NCBI GenBank assembly: GCA_964558665.1 | Contig: CAZLFA010000005.1 | Location: 7,603 to 71,602, forward strand | Source: an uncultured Syntrophaceae bacterium | Lineage (GTDB): Bacteria; Desulfobacterota; Syntrophia; Syntrophales; PHBD01 | Length of the DNA stretch: 64,000 bases | Reading direction: 5' to 3' | Translations under genes and position numbers: made by a program | Notes under the pieces: generated by a model | Databases searched by the model: none | Seen by the model: the letters and a program-made list of their open reading frames with translations, nothing else | Told to the model about the DNA's origin: nothing | Part shown: positions 31,273-39,297 of the stretch, in pieces | How positions within the stretch are numbered: the first letter of the stretch is position 1 | How the letters are laid out: every line of letters starts with the position of its first letter

Positions 31273-31731
31273 TTGAAAGAAGATATTCATATATCAATTA
31301 AAAAAAAACCGGGGTGTGAGGACATTCCTCTGCCGACCTATATGACGGAAAACGCCGCCGGCATGGATATATACGCTGCGGTGGAGAGCGATACAATTGT
31401 TCTGCCGGGAGAAAGGATACTTATTCCGACAGGTATATTTATCGCGTTGCCGGAGGGCTATGAAGCGCAAGTAAGGCCTCGAAGCGGACTCGCAATTCAC
31501 AGGGGAGTCACTCTGCTCAACGCTCCGGGAACCATAGATGCAGATTATCGGGGAGAAATCGGAGTGATCATTATCAACCACGGCCAAGATCCCTTTGTTG
31601 TAAAAAGGAGGGATCGAATTGCTCAGATAGTTGTCCATAAGGTTTACAGGGTATCCTGGAAAGAAAGTGATAATCTGGAAACATCTTCCCGGGGACAGGG
31701 AGGATTCGGGCACACTGATCGAGAAATTTAA
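31273..31731 (+). CDS. dut: dUTP diphosphatase
   Basis: IPLPTYMTENAAGMDIYA, RPRSGLAIHRGV, GTIDADYRGEI. A TTG at 31273 (7 nt after gaggg) fits the family N-terminus better than the ATG at 31249. Confidence 0.88.
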   Translation: MKEDIHISIKKKPGCEDIPLPTYMTENAAGMDIYAAVESDTIVLPGERILIPTGIFIALPEGYEAQVRPRSGLAIHRGVTLLNAPGTIDADYRGEIGVIIINHGQDPFVVKRRDRIAQIVVHKVYRVSWKESDNLETSSRGQGGFGHTDREI

Positions 31732-31841
31732 AACGGTCAATAAGACAAGGTTTTAGCACGTAAATATTTTTATACAGGCAAGAAAGTATCAAAAGTTTCC
31801 GGATAGAAACTACCATAAGCAACAAGCGGGGATGAGAGCTT

Positions 31842-33020
31842 ATGAAAAAGCACAAAGTTAACAAGAGCTACAAAGAGATCAATGAAAGAATCAGACAGGG
31901 CAAGGCTGTTGTCGTAACCGCTGAGGAGATTATTGATATTGTAGAAAGGCATGGCGATGTAGAAGCAGCCCGTAAGGTGGATGTAGTAACGACCGGCACC
32001 TTCGGACCGATGTGCTCCTCAGGGGCTTTTCTTAATATCGGTCATGCTTCACCAAGAATCAAGGCGTCGAAGGTCTGGCTCAACGATGTCCCGGCATACG
32101 CAGGTATTGCGGCGGTTGATTGTTATATAGGTTCGACAGAAGTTGTTGAAGGAGATCCACTAAACAGTGTTTATCCCGGTGAATTCAACTATGGCGGTGG
32201 CCATGTGATTGAAGATTTTGTGGCGGGAAATGTTATTCGTCTTCGCGCAGAAGCATACGGCACTGACTGCTATCCATCGAGAAGACATGAAAAAAATATC
32301 ACTATTAATGATTTAAGAGATGCCATGCTCTTTAATCCGCGCACAGCTTACCAGAACTACAGTTGCGCTGTAAATATGTCGGACAAGACTATATATACGT
32401 ATATGGGTGTTCTAAGACCACGTATGGCGAATGCCAACTTTTCGACTGCCGGCCAATTGAGCCCTCTGTTGAATGACCCCCACTATAAGACGATAGGCAT
32501 AGGAACCAGAATCTTTCTTGGGGGGGGCCAAGGCTTTGTGGCCTGGCATGGTACGCAGCACAGCCCGAATGTGCCGAGAGGTGAAAATGGCGTCCCTAAA
32601 CAGGGTGCCGGCACAATATCAACTATTGGAGATATGAAGGCCATGAGTCCTGAATGGCTGGTCGGCGCCAGTTTGATAGGATATGGCGTATCTTTATATA
32701 TTGGCATAGGCATACCTATTCCCATTCTCAATGAAGAGATGGTGCGTTATACAGCAGTAAAAGACGAGGATATTTTCGTGCAGGTATATGATTACAGCAT
32801 GGATTATCCAAAAGGCGGTTCTCCAAAAAGTTTGGGGGAGGTAAGTTACAAAGAACTTCGCAGCGGTACGATTACGCTTAACGGCAAGGTAATTTCATCA
32901 TCACCCCTTTCCAGCTATTACAAAGCTCGGGAAATTGCATATATCCTGAAAGAGTGGATTGAACGGGGAGATTTTATTCTTGGAGAGCCGCAACAAACTT
33001 TACCTGATGCAGACAGTTGA
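31842..33020 (+). CDS. COG1900/DUF39 homocysteine-biosynthesis-type protein
   Basis: N-terminus KSYKEINERIRQGKAVVVTAEEIIDIV and about 390 aa length match my memory of the DUF39 family. Confidence 0.7.
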   Translation: MKKHKVNKSYKEINERIRQGKAVVVTAEEIIDIVERHGDVEAARKVDVVTTGTFGPMCSSGAFLNIGHASPRIKASKVWLNDVPAYAGIAAVDCYIGSTEVVEGDPLNSVYPGEFNYGGGHVIEDFVAGNVIRLRAEAYGTDCYPSRRHEKNITINDLRDAMLFNPRTAYQNYSCAVNMSDKTIYTYMGVLRPRMANANFSTAGQLSPLLNDPHYKTIGIGTRIFLGGGQGFVAWHGTQHSPNVPRGENGVPKQGAGTISTIGDMKAMSPEWLVGASLIGYGVSLYIGIGIPIPILNEEMVRYTAVKDEDIFVQVYDYSMDYPKGGSPKSLGEVSYKELRSGTITLNGKVISSSPLSSYYKAREIAYILKEWIERGDFILGEPQQTLPDADS

Positions 33021-33147
33021 GATGCCCTTGATATGATTAGCAAAAGAATCTGTTTTGTGCAACATGTCAATATAATTGATGTTTTGCATGCAGGATTTGC
33101 TGCTCGCAGATATAAATGATTGCTTTCAAATACTTCGAATTTTTGTG

Positions 33148-33176
33148 TTGCAAAGTTACGATTTTTGTTATATATT
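33148..33176 (+). promoter_or_regulatory. sigma70-like promoter candidate upstream of ftsB/pilM
   Basis: TTGCAA, 17-nt spacer, TATATT. Confidence 0.3.
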
Positions 33177-33232
33177 TCGCTACATGGATTTTACAATTTC
33201 AATAATTAGTCTGTTCCAGGATGGTGTTCACC

Positions 33233-33499
33233 ATGAAAGTGGGCAGGTATCTGGTTGTTTTTGCAGTGTTTATGGGGTTGCTAATCGTTTTTGGTAACAG
33301 AGGACTCCTTGACAACTATAGACTAATGCAAAGACTGGAGGATGTTAAGCAGAAAAATCAAGTCATTAACGCAGAAAACAAGGATATTAAGAAAAAAATT
33401 GTTTTACTGAGAACAAATCTCCCGTACATAGAAAACATCGCCAGAAGCGAATTAGGAATGGTCAGGAAAGGGGATATCGTATATCGGTTTTCAAATTAA
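33233..33499 (+). CDS. ftsB: septum formation initiator (FtsB/DivIC family)
   Basis: TM helix, then a coiled coil, then ARSELGMVRKGDIVYRF C-terminal signature. Start could be 33221 or 33233. Confidence 0.7.
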   Translation: MKVGRYLVVFAVFMGLLIVFGNRGLLDNYRLMQRLEDVKQKNQVINAENKDIKKKIVLLRTNLPYIENIARSELGMVRKGDIVYRFSN

Positions 33500-33597
33500 G
33501 CCGGTATAAACAAAAAAAGACAATTCATACAGAGCAACCTCAGGCCAGCGAATTATTGACGTAAACACAATGAAGGGATAAAAAAAACGGGGTCCCA

Positions 33598-34677
33598 ATG
33601 TTCGACATCAAAAGTCTTTTTAGCAAAAGAAAATCAATAGTTGGACTCGATATTGGGTCAAGTTCCATAAAACTTTTGGAAATAGCCGATACACCAAAAG
33701 GATATCAACTTAGCCATTTCTCGATGCTTCCTCTCCCCAGAGGAGTAATTGCTGATGGAGTTATTCATGATCCAAAGGCTCTTACAGATCACATCAAAGA
33801 ATTATTCAAAAAAACAAGTTTTGCCCGCAAGGGAATTGCGACATCATTGTCAGGACATTCAGTAATAGTCAAAAAAGTTAATTTCAATCTGATGGAAGAC
33901 AATGAATTGCGGGAACTTCTCAAGGACGAAGCAGGCAAATATCTGCCCTTCGATAATATGAATGATGTAAGTTTTGATTTTCACATCCTTGGGCCCACAG
34001 ATTATAATCCTAACCAGATGAATGTAATGCTAGTTGCCGCTAAGAAAGATGTCGTGAACAGTTATGTGGATTCACTATCAGACGCGGGTATGACCGCCAC
34101 CATCATGGATGTCGATTCATTTGCCCTTGAAACGATGTTTGAAGAAAACTACAGCTTCGATGAAAACGAGGTAACCATTCTCGTCAACATTGGAGCAAGT
34201 ATAACCAATATCAATGTTGTTCAGGGTGGGTCTTCCATTTTTACCAGAGATTTTACTCTGGGAGGAAATGCCATAACCGAAGCCATACAGGAAAAAATGG
34301 GCATATCATTTGAAGAAGCAGAAGACATAAAATTAGGAACTGCTGAAGTTGATGAATCCGTGCTCAAGGAAATTCACGACAGCCTCCTGATTTTTGCCGA
34401 ACCCCTCTGTTCAGAAATTGAAAGGTCCATTGAATATTTCACATCAACCTATGGTTCTGAATCGGTCAAGAGGGTTATTCTTTCAGGCGGGGGGGCAAAT
34501 ATTCCTGGGATAGCTGCAGACTTATCACACAGATTGAATATTGAAGCAGAAATCGTAAAACCCTTTCAGAAAATTGAAATTGGAAAGAATGTCATTGATG
34601 CTAAAGACATTTCCAATATCGCTCCCATTGCAGCGGTAGGAGTGGGTTTAGCATTAAGGAGGGTTGGGGACCGATGA
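33598..34677 (+). CDS. pilM: type IV pilus assembly protein PilM
   Basis: Actin-like ATPase fold, VGLDIGSSSIKLLE. Followed by pilNOPQ. Confidence 0.9.
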   Translation: MFDIKSLFSKRKSIVGLDIGSSSIKLLEIADTPKGYQLSHFSMLPLPRGVIADGVIHDPKALTDHIKELFKKTSFARKGIATSLSGHSVIVKKVNFNLMEDNELRELLKDEAGKYLPFDNMNDVSFDFHILGPTDYNPNQMNVMLVAAKKDVVNSYVDSLSDAGMTATIMDVDSFALETMFEENYSFDENEVTILVNIGASITNINVVQGGSSIFTRDFTLGGNAITEAIQEKMGISFEEAEDIKLGTAEVDESVLKEIHDSLLIFAEPLCSEIERSIEYFTSTYGSESVKRVILSGGGANIPGIAADLSHRLNIEAEIVKPFQKIEIGKNVIDAKDISNIAPIAAVGVGLALRRVGDR

Positions 34678-35222
34678 TAAAAATCAACCTTCTTCCTTAT
34701 GTTGAAGCAAAGAAAAAAGAAACAGCGGTAAGCCAAATTATTATCATTGCAGCATCATTAGCACTGTTTGCAGTTATTATTGCCGCTGTCTTCCTTTACA
34801 TGATGCTCAGCATTATGGGACTTGAAAAAGATCTAAAAGATAGTGAAGCCAAACTGGCGGCATTGACCAAGGTTGTCGGGGAAGTTGAAAATATAAAGGC
34901 AGAGAAACAAATTGTTGAAAAGAAATTGGCAATTATTAGAGGACTTGAGGAAAATAAACTTTATCCAATAAAAATGCTTGATCAGTTCTCAACTCTGGTA
35001 CCGGCAAAGGAGATTTGGCTGGAAAAAGTGTCGGAAGTCGGCACAGACATGAACATAGATGGCATTGGAAGAGACGGTATTGCCGTTGCCAAGTTTATGA
35101 AAACACTGGAAACCGCAAACTTCATTAATTCAGTTGAGCTTATCGCTTCAAGACAGAAAGAGATTGCCGGGGTTAAACTACAGCAATTCTCATTAAAATG
35201 CGCTACCAAGAGGAAGAAATAG
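34674..35222 (+). CDS. pilN: type IV pilus assembly protein PilN
   Basis: MIKINLLPY start, single TM helix, coiled coil. 4-nt overlap with pilM. Confidence 0.8.
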   Translation: MIKINLLPYVEAKKKETAVSQIIIIAASLALFAVIIAAVFLYMMLSIMGLEKDLKDSEAKLAALTKVVGEVENIKAEKQIVEKKLAIIRGLEENKLYPIKMLDQFSTLVPAKEIWLEKVSEVGTDMNIDGIGRDGIAVAKFMKTLETANFINSVELIASRQKEIAGVKLQQFSLKCATKRKK

Positions 35223-35225
35223 ACC

Positions 35226-35945
35226 ATGGCAATTGATATGGAAAGCATTAAAAATATGAATCCCAAGATGAAAGCCCTGCTTGTGGGGCTATTGATGATT
35301 CTCGGGGCTTATTTGTTCTGGTTTCTATATTTGGATTCGGCACTTGCAACAAAAGCTGATCTGACAAAAAAACTGGATGAAGTGCAAAAAGATATAAGCG
35401 CTAAACAGCTAATTGCCAATCAAAAGCAGAAATACCTTAGCGAAATTAAAGACCTGAGGGAGCTCTTTAATATCGCCCTGACAAAGCTTCCTGAGCAAAA
35501 GGAAATTCCAGGCCTTTTCCTGTCGGTTTCTGAAGCGGGGAAAGAAGCCGGCGTTGAATTTGTTCTTTTTGAGCCCCAGGCACCACCGAAGCAGCCTCCA
35601 CCAAAACCGGATGTCAAAGCCAATTTAAAGCCGTCCGATCAGAGGGCTGACCAACCGGCCAAAGACCAGAAACCTGATGCAGCAAAGGCAGCAGCGCCAA
35701 AGAAACCAGCAGAACCTGAAAGGTTTTACGAAGAAATACCGGTTCGCGTATCTGTAAATGGAGGCTTTCATAACACGGCAATTTTCTTTGACAAAGTTGC
35801 AAAACTATCCAGGATCGTTAATATAGAAGATATAAGCATGGGCGAGGGCAAAGATACGAAGGGGCGGGGACGTGTTGTTAATACTTCCTGCGTTATCAAA
35901 ACATACATGTTTTTGGAAAAGAAGGATGCAAAAACACAAAAATAG
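35226..35945 (+). CDS. pilO: type IV pilus assembly protein PilO (with Pro/Lys-rich insert)
   Basis: TM helix, coiled coil, C-terminal FYEEIPVRVSVNGGFHNTAIFFDKVAKLSRIVNI block. Operon position. Confidence 0.75.
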   Translation: MAIDMESIKNMNPKMKALLVGLLMILGAYLFWFLYLDSALATKADLTKKLDEVQKDISAKQLIANQKQKYLSEIKDLRELFNIALTKLPEQKEIPGLFLSVSEAGKEAGVEFVLFEPQAPPKQPPPKPDVKANLKPSDQRADQPAKDQKPDAAKAAAPKKPAEPERFYEEIPVRVSVNGGFHNTAIFFDKVAKLSRIVNIEDISMGEGKDTKGRGRVVNTSCVIKTYMFLEKKDAKTQK

Positions 35946-36651
35946 CCTGAAAGTAAAAAGTATATTTGTATTGACGGTATCTGTCATGACGGTAATGCTT
36001 TTTACCGTTGCAGAAGCAAGAGTATCAGTTAAATCATTCAAGTCGTCTTCACCGTCAAAATCCGTTGCACCGGCCCCAGCCCCTGCAGCACCGGCAAAGG
36101 CGGCGTCAGATAAATCTACCCTGTCAACTGCGGCAGGAGCAGCCGTTGGCGCAACGGCAGGAAGGGCTGTAGGCTCGGCAGTGGCAGGCACCCCATCAAA
36201 ACCAGCCACAACTACGCCGGCAGCAGCGCCAATAACAGATATAGCAGCAACCAAGACTGCTTTGCTTAACCCGGAAACATTTACATACACCCCTCTAGGG
36301 AAATCGGATCCCTTTAAACCGTTTATCGAAACGGATATTAAGGCTGCGTCTGCTGAAGGACGTGTGAGATCTATTCCTCTATCACCCTTGCAGAGACTGG
36401 ATGTAGAACAATTTACTCTTGTCGGAGTCGCCGGAAGTCCTAATCGCCGTGTCGCTATGGTAGAAGATAAAATGAACAAGAAATTTTACCCCGTAACAGT
36501 AGGGACGTCAATCGGTAAAAATAGTGGAAAAGTTGTAGATATTCTTGCTGATCGCGTAATAGTGGACGAAAAAGGAACTGTCTTCGAGGGTTCAAAAATA
36601 AAACCAAAGAGAATTATCATGAGGCTTTCAAGAGACGAGGTAAAACCATGA
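35926..36651 (+). CDS. pilP: type IV pilus assembly protein PilP (Ala/Pro-rich linker)
   Basis: Signal/anchor MQKHKNSLKVKSIFVLTVSVMTVMLF. C-terminal beta domain (DPFKPF...LVGVAG...VAMVED...Y.V..G). Start at the in-frame ATG at 35926. Confidence 0.65.
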   Translation: MQKHKNSLKVKSIFVLTVSVMTVMLFTVAEARVSVKSFKSSSPSKSVAPAPAPAAPAKAASDKSTLSTAAGAAVGATAGRAVGSAVAGTPSKPATTTPAAAPITDIAATKTALLNPETFTYTPLGKSDPFKPFIETDIKAASAEGRVRSIPLSPLQRLDVEQFTLVGVAGSPNRRVAMVEDKMNKKFYPVTVGTSIGKNSGKVVDILADRVIVDEKGTVFEGSKIKPKRIIMRLSRDEVKP

Positions 36652-38369
36652 AAAAACCCGCATCAATAATATTGTCGGTCATTGTATCTTGCGCAGTTTT
36701 TTGTTTTTTACTGGTGCCTTCCGCATCTATTGCACAGGAGAACAAAAGTGCCGGTGTCCGATCTGACAATGTCGGTATTTTGGAGAATATAGTTTTTCAA
36801 AAACTAAAGGGCAAAGAACGGATTGTTATTACACTCACCAAGAAGTCCCCTTTTAAAACTGAAGATAAGGCGGGAAGGACCATCACAATCAACCTTGAAA
36901 ATGCATTTGTACCGGAAGATTTGAGAAGGTCACAGGGTGAGGGGCAGCTTGACAATATTACACAGGCAGTACCCGATCAAAAGACAATTAATGGCAAACA
37001 ATGGATTTCTGTATCCATTGATCTTAAAGAACGTGTACCCTACAGCGTCAGGCGGGATGGGAAAAAGATAATTCTCGATTTTAATATTGCCTCTCTCGCG
37101 GGAAGAACACCTGCTTCACAGAGATCAGAAGCATTTGCAGATTCTTCGCCGGTAATGATCAAAAAAACCGAAAGAGACATTGCCGCAGGGCAACCGGGGA
37201 AATATTCCGGTCACAAGATAACAATTGATTTTCAGGATGCTAACATAAAGTCAGTACTTCGTCTGCTGGCGGAAGTGAGCGGCAAGAATATCGTCTCTGG
37301 AGAAGATGTGAAAGGCAACGTGTCTATAACCATGAAAAACGTTCCTTGGGATCAGGCACTGGATACGGTACTGGCTTTAAACGGTCTTGCAAAGCTGGAA
37401 AGCGGCAATGTCATATCTGTCATGACCTCCGAAAGACTCAGGAAAGAGACGGAAGAAAGGCGCAAAGCTGAGGAAGCCATCATAGCGGAGGAGAAGAAAC
37501 GCAAAGAGGAAGAGGTAAAGCTTCTCTCAGAACAGGGAAAATTAAGGCAGATTGCGATAGAAGCAAAGATTGTGGAAGCCTCGGATGAATTTGTACGCAA
37601 CCTCGGAGTTCGATGGGGTGGTAATACTCAGCAAAAAATGCATACCGGTGATTATTCATACGGGCTTTCCGGCGGGACAAACGTTTCTCAAACCAACCAG
37701 ATGATGTATAATTATCCTAGCGGCATCGGTTATACGAACGCAACAACGGGTCTACCGCTTACAATGGCGCCTGTTAACCTCCCCTCTGCATTGGCAGCAC
37801 CAACTTTCGGACTGGTTATCGGAGGTGCCAATGCTGTTCTGGAGGCGCAGATTCAGGCCCTTGAGACAACCAGCCAGGGTAAAATTATTTCTTCTCCAAA
37901 AGTAACCACAATGGACAATGTCAAAGCCGTTATTGAACAGGGACAGGATATACCATATGTTACCCCGGCAAGCGCTTCATCTCCGGCAACAGTCAACTTC
38001 AAAAAGGCGACACTTAAACTTGAAGTAAAACCTACCATCACATCTGAAGGCAAAGTTTCTATGGAAATTGCGGCAACCAACGACAGTGCAGACTACACAA
38101 AGGCTGCACAGCTTCAGGGAAATCCACCCATTAATACAAATCGCATTGAATCAAAGGTTGTCCTTAATGACGGCGATACCCTGGTCATTGGTGGTGTGCT
38201 AAAGACGGAAGATACAAAGGGTGTAACCGGAGTCCCCTGGCTCTCCAAAATTCCCATCCTGGGCTGGCTTTTCAAGGAAGAAGATGTCACCAAGAAGAGA
38301 AGGCAGCTGCTGATATTTGTGACACCGAAGATTTTGAAGACGGGAGACAAAATAGCGGAAAGAAGATAA
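36648..38369 (+). CDS. pilQ: type IV pilus secretin PilQ
   Basis: AMIN-like N-terminus, N0 block (ITIDFQDANIKSVLRLLAEVSGKNIV), secretin C-domain (VPWLSKIPILGWLFK). Confidence 0.9.
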   Translation: MKKPASIILSVIVSCAVFCFLLVPSASIAQENKSAGVRSDNVGILENIVFQKLKGKERIVITLTKKSPFKTEDKAGRTITINLENAFVPEDLRRSQGEGQLDNITQAVPDQKTINGKQWISVSIDLKERVPYSVRRDGKKIILDFNIASLAGRTPASQRSEAFADSSPVMIKKTERDIAAGQPGKYSGHKITIDFQDANIKSVLRLLAEVSGKNIVSGEDVKGNVSITMKNVPWDQALDTVLALNGLAKLESGNVISVMTSERLRKETEERRKAEEAIIAEEKKRKEEEVKLLSEQGKLRQIAIEAKIVEASDEFVRNLGVRWGGNTQQKMHTGDYSYGLSGGTNVSQTNQMMYNYPSGIGYTNATTGLPLTMAPVNLPSALAAPTFGLVIGGANAVLEAQIQALETTSQGKIISSPKVTTMDNVKAVIEQGQDIPYVTPASASSPATVNFKKATLKLEVKPTITSEGKVSMEIAATNDSADYTKAAQLQGNPPINTNRIESKVVLNDGDTLVIGGVLKTEDTKGVTGVPWLSKIPILGWLFKEEDVTKKRRQLLIFVTPKILKTGDKIAERR

Positions 38370-38391
38370 TAAGTTTTAAAGAGATTATTTG

Positions 38392-38429
38392 AACTGCCTG
38401 CTTTATTCATTTTTAGCAGGCAGTTTTTT
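38392..38429 (+). terminator. rho-independent terminator after pilQ (convergent junction)
   Basis: AACUGCCUGCU / AGCAGGCAGUU 11-bp stem followed by UUUUUU. The T-tract overlaps the stop codon of the convergent minus-strand gene. Confidence 0.7.
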
Positions 38430-39276
38430 ATTTGCTTCCGAGCTGATACTCAAAGACCTTAACAACCTTGTTGCCATCCGTATCGGTAACAGATGCTCCG
38501 AATTTGTATGCACCAGGTTTTTCAGCCATCCAGATTATCTTACCGGAATCCTTATTGATGGTCATACCTTCCAGAAGGGGTTTCTCAAGGGCATATATCA
38601 GCTTTTCTCCTTCCGACCCTTGACCCGTTAATTGTATTTCAAAAGGAGCTCCCCGTTTAAGGCTGCTCGACAACACCTTCATTTCCAGAGTAGGTGGAAG
38701 TGTATGAATGACAACCGCACTCGTGAACGGCTCAGATCTGACTCCATCAATGACAGGAACCACAGTGATACCGACCTCGTCTTTCTTTTTCAGGGTGTAT
38801 GACCGCAACTCGTTTCCTCTGGCATTCTCTATAACATTTCCGTTTATTTTCCATTCGTACTCGAAGGAGACTTCTGCCGTACCATTATAGTCATAGATCA
38901 CTTCCGCCTTAATCGGTTCCGTTGCCGTAGGCTGATCAGGAATGAACCTTACAGCTTTTATATTAACCTTGTTGCTTATTGGCAGTCGAGACTGGTCTAT
39001 GGGCTTGTCCTCACTGCCCATGATGAATTTTACCGGTGTTTGGACACCATCTTTTTGAACAGCTGCTTCCTGGACGTTCTTTTTATCCGGTACGGCAAAG
39101 AAATAAACTGCCGTTCCCACTAAAATCACGGCAGCCGATGCAATAGCAATTTGATTTACATATTTTGGTTTTTGCTTTACGGCTAGTTCAGGTTTTCCTG
39201 GTTTTCCCGGTGCCCCCGGTTTTCCCACTTTTCCTGGTACTTTCTTTTTTTTCGCTGTTGTCTTTTCAGTTTCCAA
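38428..39276 (-). CDS. membrane-anchored protein with GKPG repeats and two Ig-like extracytoplasmic domains (hypothetical; last gene of minor-pilin operon)
   Basis: N-terminus KKKKVPGKVGKPGAPGKPGKP, TM helix IAIASAAVILVGTAVYFF, then beta-rich repeats (FEYEWKINGN...; YALEKPLLEGMTINKDSGKIIWMAEKPGAYKF). 21 nt downstream of pilY1. No prepilin motif. Confidence 0.5.
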   Translation of the reverse strand: METEKTTAKKKKVPGKVGKPGAPGKPGKPELAVKQKPKYVNQIAIASAAVILVGTAVYFFAVPDKKNVQEAAVQKDGVQTPVKFIMGSEDKPIDQSRLPISNKVNIKAVRFIPDQPTATEPIKAEVIYDYNGTAEVSFEYEWKINGNVIENARGNELRSYTLKKKDEVGITVVPVIDGVRSEPFTSAVVIHTLPPTLEMKVLSSSLKRGAPFEIQLTGQGSEGEKLIYALEKPLLEGMTINKDSGKIIWMAEKPGAYKFGASVTDTDGNKVVKVFEYQLGSK

Positions 39277-39297
39277 TTTATAAACCTGTCGACTTTT

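Noticed and set aside
31732-31841. Possible SAM/SAH-type riboswitch upstream of the COG1900 gene.
   Set aside because: No conserved core of SAM-I, SAM-II or SAM-SAH elements was recognisable by eye. Left as a check in the COG1900 finding.
33076-33297. A 73-aa plus-strand ORF upstream of and overlapping ftsB.
   Set aside because: It lies in an AT-rich promoter region, has no RBS and overlaps the ftsB start in another frame.
35805-36479. A 224-aa minus-strand ORF.
   Set aside because: It is antisense to the Ala/Pro-rich linkers of pilO and pilP. Its low-complexity Ala/Gly product is an artefact of the complementary GC-rich codons.
36648-38369. The Lys/Glu-rich helical segment in PilQ (ERLRKETEERRKAEEAIIAEEKKRKEEEVKLL), considered as an unusual insertion.
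   Set aside because: P. aeruginosa PilQ has a comparable charged linker after the N0 domain, as I recall, so this is probably ordinary.
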